64,000 bases of DNA from an uncultured Actinomycetes bacterium (GTDB lineage Bacteria; Actinomycetota; Thermoleophilia; UBA2241): positions 448,001 through 512,000 of the forward strand of contig CAVRZA010000001.1 of NCBI GenBank assembly GCA_963725665.1, in the 5' to 3' direction. Numbering within the stretch: position 1 is the first letter of the stretch; every line of letters starts with the position of its first letter. The notes beneath the pieces were generated by a model. That model ran no database searches, had not been told where the DNA came from, and was given only the letters and a program-made list of their open reading frames with translations. Made by a program: the position numbers and the translations under genes. Below, one piece after another: positions 60,958-64,000 of this stretch.

Positions 60958-61277
60958 TCAGGAGCCGGGCGGCCTGTAGTCGACCTGCTTCTTGGTCGCC
61001 GCGTCGATCTCCTCCGCCGTCAGCAGCACCGTCGTCGTCACGCTCACCGCCCCGGTGCTCGAGATAGACAGCGCGAGCGCTGCCGCCGTCACGTTGTCGG
61101 GGACACCCGCGATGGCGAACACGTCGTCCTCACCGAAGGCCCAGTAGATCGCTTCGAGCGAGCCCCGGCCTGCTTCATGAGCCGTTCCACTTCCTGGCGC
61201 CGGTTACTGCCGCCCACCTTGAGAAGGCCCTTCGTCCCCTGCGCTGTGTAGCTCACGCGCATCAAGTACTTCGCCAC
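60958..61277 (-). pseudogene. GYD-domain-like protein, frameshift near 61160
   Basis: AKYLMRVSYTAQG, then YWAFGEDD..TTVLLTAEEID..YRPPG in another frame. Confidence 0.75.
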
Positions 61278-61769
61278 AACCTCTCCTGTCGCGTCGTTGC
61301 GGAACGCTACCGCTTTCCCCGGCAAGTACTTGGGCAACCGTTGGGCGCGCGACAAGGCTCGACCGAGGACGGACGGTGGGTCGGCGCCGGGCCTCCCGCG
61401 CTCAGGGGCCCCCTCACCAGACAGGGATGGCCGATCGTGGGCACGACGCGTTGGCGGTGCACCCGCTGGCGACCGCCGCCGCCGTGATTCTGCAGCCTGC
61501 GCAGGTAGGGCAAGGGGGCTCTCGCCTCCGGTCTCTACCCGGGTCTTCATCGCCGACCTCGCCCTCTGCGGTGCTCCAACCCGTGCCGTAGCAGGTTCAT
61601 CCAGGGCGAGATGGGCTACGACGGGACAGCACGGGTATCTGCGCGGCACCCCAACGGTTCGATCTCCGGTCGAGGCGGAATACCACATCAGCAAGACGAC
61701 AAGGTTCGCAGCTCTGACCAAAGAGGTGTGGTACCCAGTGGGGCCCACTCAACAGGAGGGAGAACAATC

Positions 61770-62057
61770 ATGGCCTACGGCGTCGTGCATCATTTTCCGG
61801 GCGGCACCAGGGAGCAGTACGAGGCATCGATCGGCGCGGTTCACCCGGGCGAAGGTCTCTTGCCCGAGGGTCAGACCTTCCACGCTGCCGGCCCTTCCGC
61901 CGGCGGTTGGACGATCATGGCCGTGCACGACTCAAAGGAGAGCTGGGAGCGCTTCCGTGACGGCACCCTCCTTCCTCGCATGCAGCAGGGTATCGCGGGC
62001 GGGTTTGCGACGCCCCCCGAGGAGACGACCTTCGAGGTGTACAAGAGCATGCCGTAG
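61770..62057 (+). CDS. Small hypothetical protein (dimeric alpha/beta-barrel-like)
   Basis: AGGAGG upstream; FPGGTREQYEA..FHAAGP..HDSKESWERF. Confidence 0.7.
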   Translation: MAYGVVHHFPGGTREQYEASIGAVHPGEGLLPEGQTFHAAGPSAGGWTIMAVHDSKESWERFRDGTLLPRMQQGIAGGFATPPEETTFEVYKSMP

Positions 62058-62122
62058 AGGGGCCGGAGCGAGCCCGTTAGACCTGCAAGCAGATCGGCGT
62101 AGGCGACGAACGGGCGGGCAGA

Positions 62123-62438
62123 CTACGCTTCCGCGAACACGACTTCGCTTCCGGGAACACGAGCCCCGCGATCAGCGTTGCCTCCTCCTCCTCCTCCTCC
62201 TGCTGCTGCTGCATCGCCGGGATGGCGTGCGATTGGGTGTCGAGGGTGATCGAGACCGTGGCATGCCCCAGGCGCTCATTCTCACCTGTGACTCGACGAT
62301 CAGCGTTGCCCCCTCCTGCCGAGGCGCTCGGAGACGACCTTGGGATGCACGCCGGCCTGCAGGGCCAGGGTCGCGTGGGTGTGGCGCAAGTCGTGCAACC
62401 TGATCGTCGGTAGCATCCCCTTCTTGTCGGCTTGACGG
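62123..62438 (-). repeat. Integrase A 3' tail #16 (internally rearranged)
   Basis: VFAEA* end, duplicated VF segment, QQQQEEEEEE expansion, then a second piece with HDLRH. Confidence 0.9.
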
Positions 62439-62517
62439 ACCCCGCTTGCGGAACGGGGCGCTTCCTGCTCGCCGCCCACGACTGCGCCGCGATTCCGTTT
62501 GACGAATGCGACCGAGC

Positions 62518-62625
62518 CCACTGGCGCGCGAACATCAGCCCCGCGATCAGCGCCGCCGCCTCCTCCTGCATGGCCGGGATGGCGTGTGGAGTAGGTGTCG
62601 AGGGATGGCGATGCTGGCGTGCCGA
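62518..62625 (-). repeat. Integrase A 3' tail #17
   Basis: MQEEAAALIAGLMFARQ, with TGG at the usual stop position. Confidence 0.88.
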
Positions 62626-62732
62626 GACTCAATCTGAGGACGCAACGCCGGCTCGATGGCTACAATGGTCATGAGGTCGAAGCTTGGTCTCATACTACTT
62701 GCGCTGACCAGAGAGCCGATTGAAGGAGCCGC

Positions 62733-63809
62733 GTGACGCCCAGCACCGACGCCCTCGTGACGGCCTTCGGCCTGCCGGTCTTCCTGGTGCCGTGGGCCGA
62801 CCGCTTCCTCGAGCCACTCGACTTCGCCCTGGTCGAGGCGCTCGCCGCCGGCCCGCTGCCCGAGGCTGAGGTGCTGCGTCGCATTCCCGGCCTCACCGCC
62901 GTCGACCTGGCGCGCGCAGTGCGTCGGGGAGTAGCCGACCTGGCGGATGAAGGAGATCGGCTCGCCCTCGCCAGCTTTCATGCCCGCTTCGAGATCTGGG
63001 CGATGTTCGAGGGCTGGAAGGACGTCCCCGATGACGTGGCCGTGCAGCTCAACGAGTGGGAGCTTTCGTACTACGAGGCAGGCGTCGCCGCGGATCTGGG
63101 GATCGGGCCCGACGGAGGCATCAGCGCCGACCCCGGCTCCTCCAGGAACGCGGCCTACGCCTACATCTTGCTCAACGAGGCCGAGGACATCGTGCGCTCC
63201 GTGCCCCACGTCTACCAGTGGCCCTGCGACTGCCGCGCCATGTTCGGGCGCTGTCGCAAGCCGGTCAACGTGTGCTTGCGCTTCGACAACGACCGCGGGC
63301 TCGGCTGGGAGATCTCGGCCGAGCGCGCCGTGTCACTCCTGCGCGAGGCCGACCGTGCCGGGCTGATGCACACCGGCTTCGTCGGCTTGGGAGACGAGGC
63401 CGGCGAGATCTGCAACTGCTGCACCGACTGCTGCTTCCCGCATCAGGCGTCGCGGCGCCTCGGCATCGACGGCGAGTGGCCGGGGCGGCAGTACGTCGCT
63501 GCGGTGGACGCCGCCGCCTGCACGCTCTGCGGACGCTGCGCGAAGCGCTGCCCCTTCGAGGCGCTCACCTTGTCGCCGGAGCCGGGGTCCGAACGGGCTC
63601 CGCGGAGTGGCGCGACCGTGATGCCGGACGCGGAGACGGACGGCGCGGTCGTGGTCGCCGAGCCGGCGGCGCACACGGGCAAGCGGCAGGCCCGGGGGTC
63701 GCGCAGCCTGCTCTTCACCGCCGATCGCTGCCGCGGTTGCGGGCTGTGTGCGAGTGGCTGCCCGGAGAGCGCCATTGCGATGGCGCGGCGGCTGGCCGCC
63801 CTGGCATGA
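62733..63809 (+). CDS. 4Fe-4S cluster-binding protein
   Basis: CDCR, ICNCCTDCC, CTLCGRCAKRCP and CRGCGLCASGCP. Confidence 0.85.
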   Translation: MTPSTDALVTAFGLPVFLVPWADRFLEPLDFALVEALAAGPLPEAEVLRRIPGLTAVDLARAVRRGVADLADEGDRLALASFHARFEIWAMFEGWKDVPDDVAVQLNEWELSYYEAGVAADLGIGPDGGISADPGSSRNAAYAYILLNEAEDIVRSVPHVYQWPCDCRAMFGRCRKPVNVCLRFDNDRGLGWEISAERAVSLLREADRAGLMHTGFVGLGDEAGEICNCCTDCCFPHQASRRLGIDGEWPGRQYVAAVDAAACTLCGRCAKRCPFEALTLSPEPGSERAPRSGATVMPDAETDGAVVVAEPAAHTGKRQARGSRSLLFTADRCRGCGLCASGCPESAIAMARRLAALA

Positions 63810-63854
63810 GAAGGCCGATGCCGACATGCCTGCCGACCTGCGGGCACCGGTTGG

Positions 63855-63943
63855 CTACGTGGCGCTTAACACCAGCCCCGCGATCAACACCGCCGCCTCC
63901 TCCTGCAGCGCCGGGATGGCGTGCGAGTAGGTGTCGAGGGTGA
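63855..63943 (-). repeat. Integrase A 3' tail #18
   Basis: TLDTYSHAIPALQEEAAVLIAGLVLSAT*. Confidence 0.92.
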
Positions 63944-64000
63944 GGAACGTCGCAGGTGTAGGGAACGACTGCAGAGTCTATGTCCGCTTCTACGCCGAGT

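Noticed and set aside
25074-63943. CRISPR array or MITE/REP interpretation of the repeats
   Set aside because: Repeats are protein-coding integrase ends of variable length, spacers are gene-sized, there are no cas genes, and no terminal inverted repeats or target duplications.

Overview
High-GC, Actinomycetota-like DNA (taxon inferred, not searched). Positions 1-13.6 kb are intact core genes: GtrA-like (partial), HAD phosphatase, ileS, methyltransferase, trxA, trxB, asd, aspartate kinase, nadE, an ECF sigma/anti-sigma pair, glnA and a small zinc-ribbon gene. From about 13.6 kb to the window end is an accessory region centred on tRNA-Arg(CCT) at 20624-20699. To the right of the tRNA are 18 co-oriented, minus-strand copies of one tyrosine-integrase gene. 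One is full length but frameshifted, one is an internal fragment, and the rest are 3' tails of about 70-470 bp anchored at the stop codon. They alternate with blocks of one to a few cargo genes. Two further copies of the tRNA 3' half (47675, 55854), with conserved flanking arms, mark tandem integration junctions. To the left of the tRNA is a smaller mirror-image array built from a second integrase family, with a duplicated tRNA-upstream arm/promoter. The overall picture is an integron-like gene-accretion array punctuated by integrase tails; the mechanism is inferred. Cargo includes many small-molecule-handling proteins, a zinc-uptake/lgt module, two large secreted proteins and a DUF4062-NTPase-WD40 (NLR-like) protein. 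All family assignments come from motif recognition by eye; no database searches were run.
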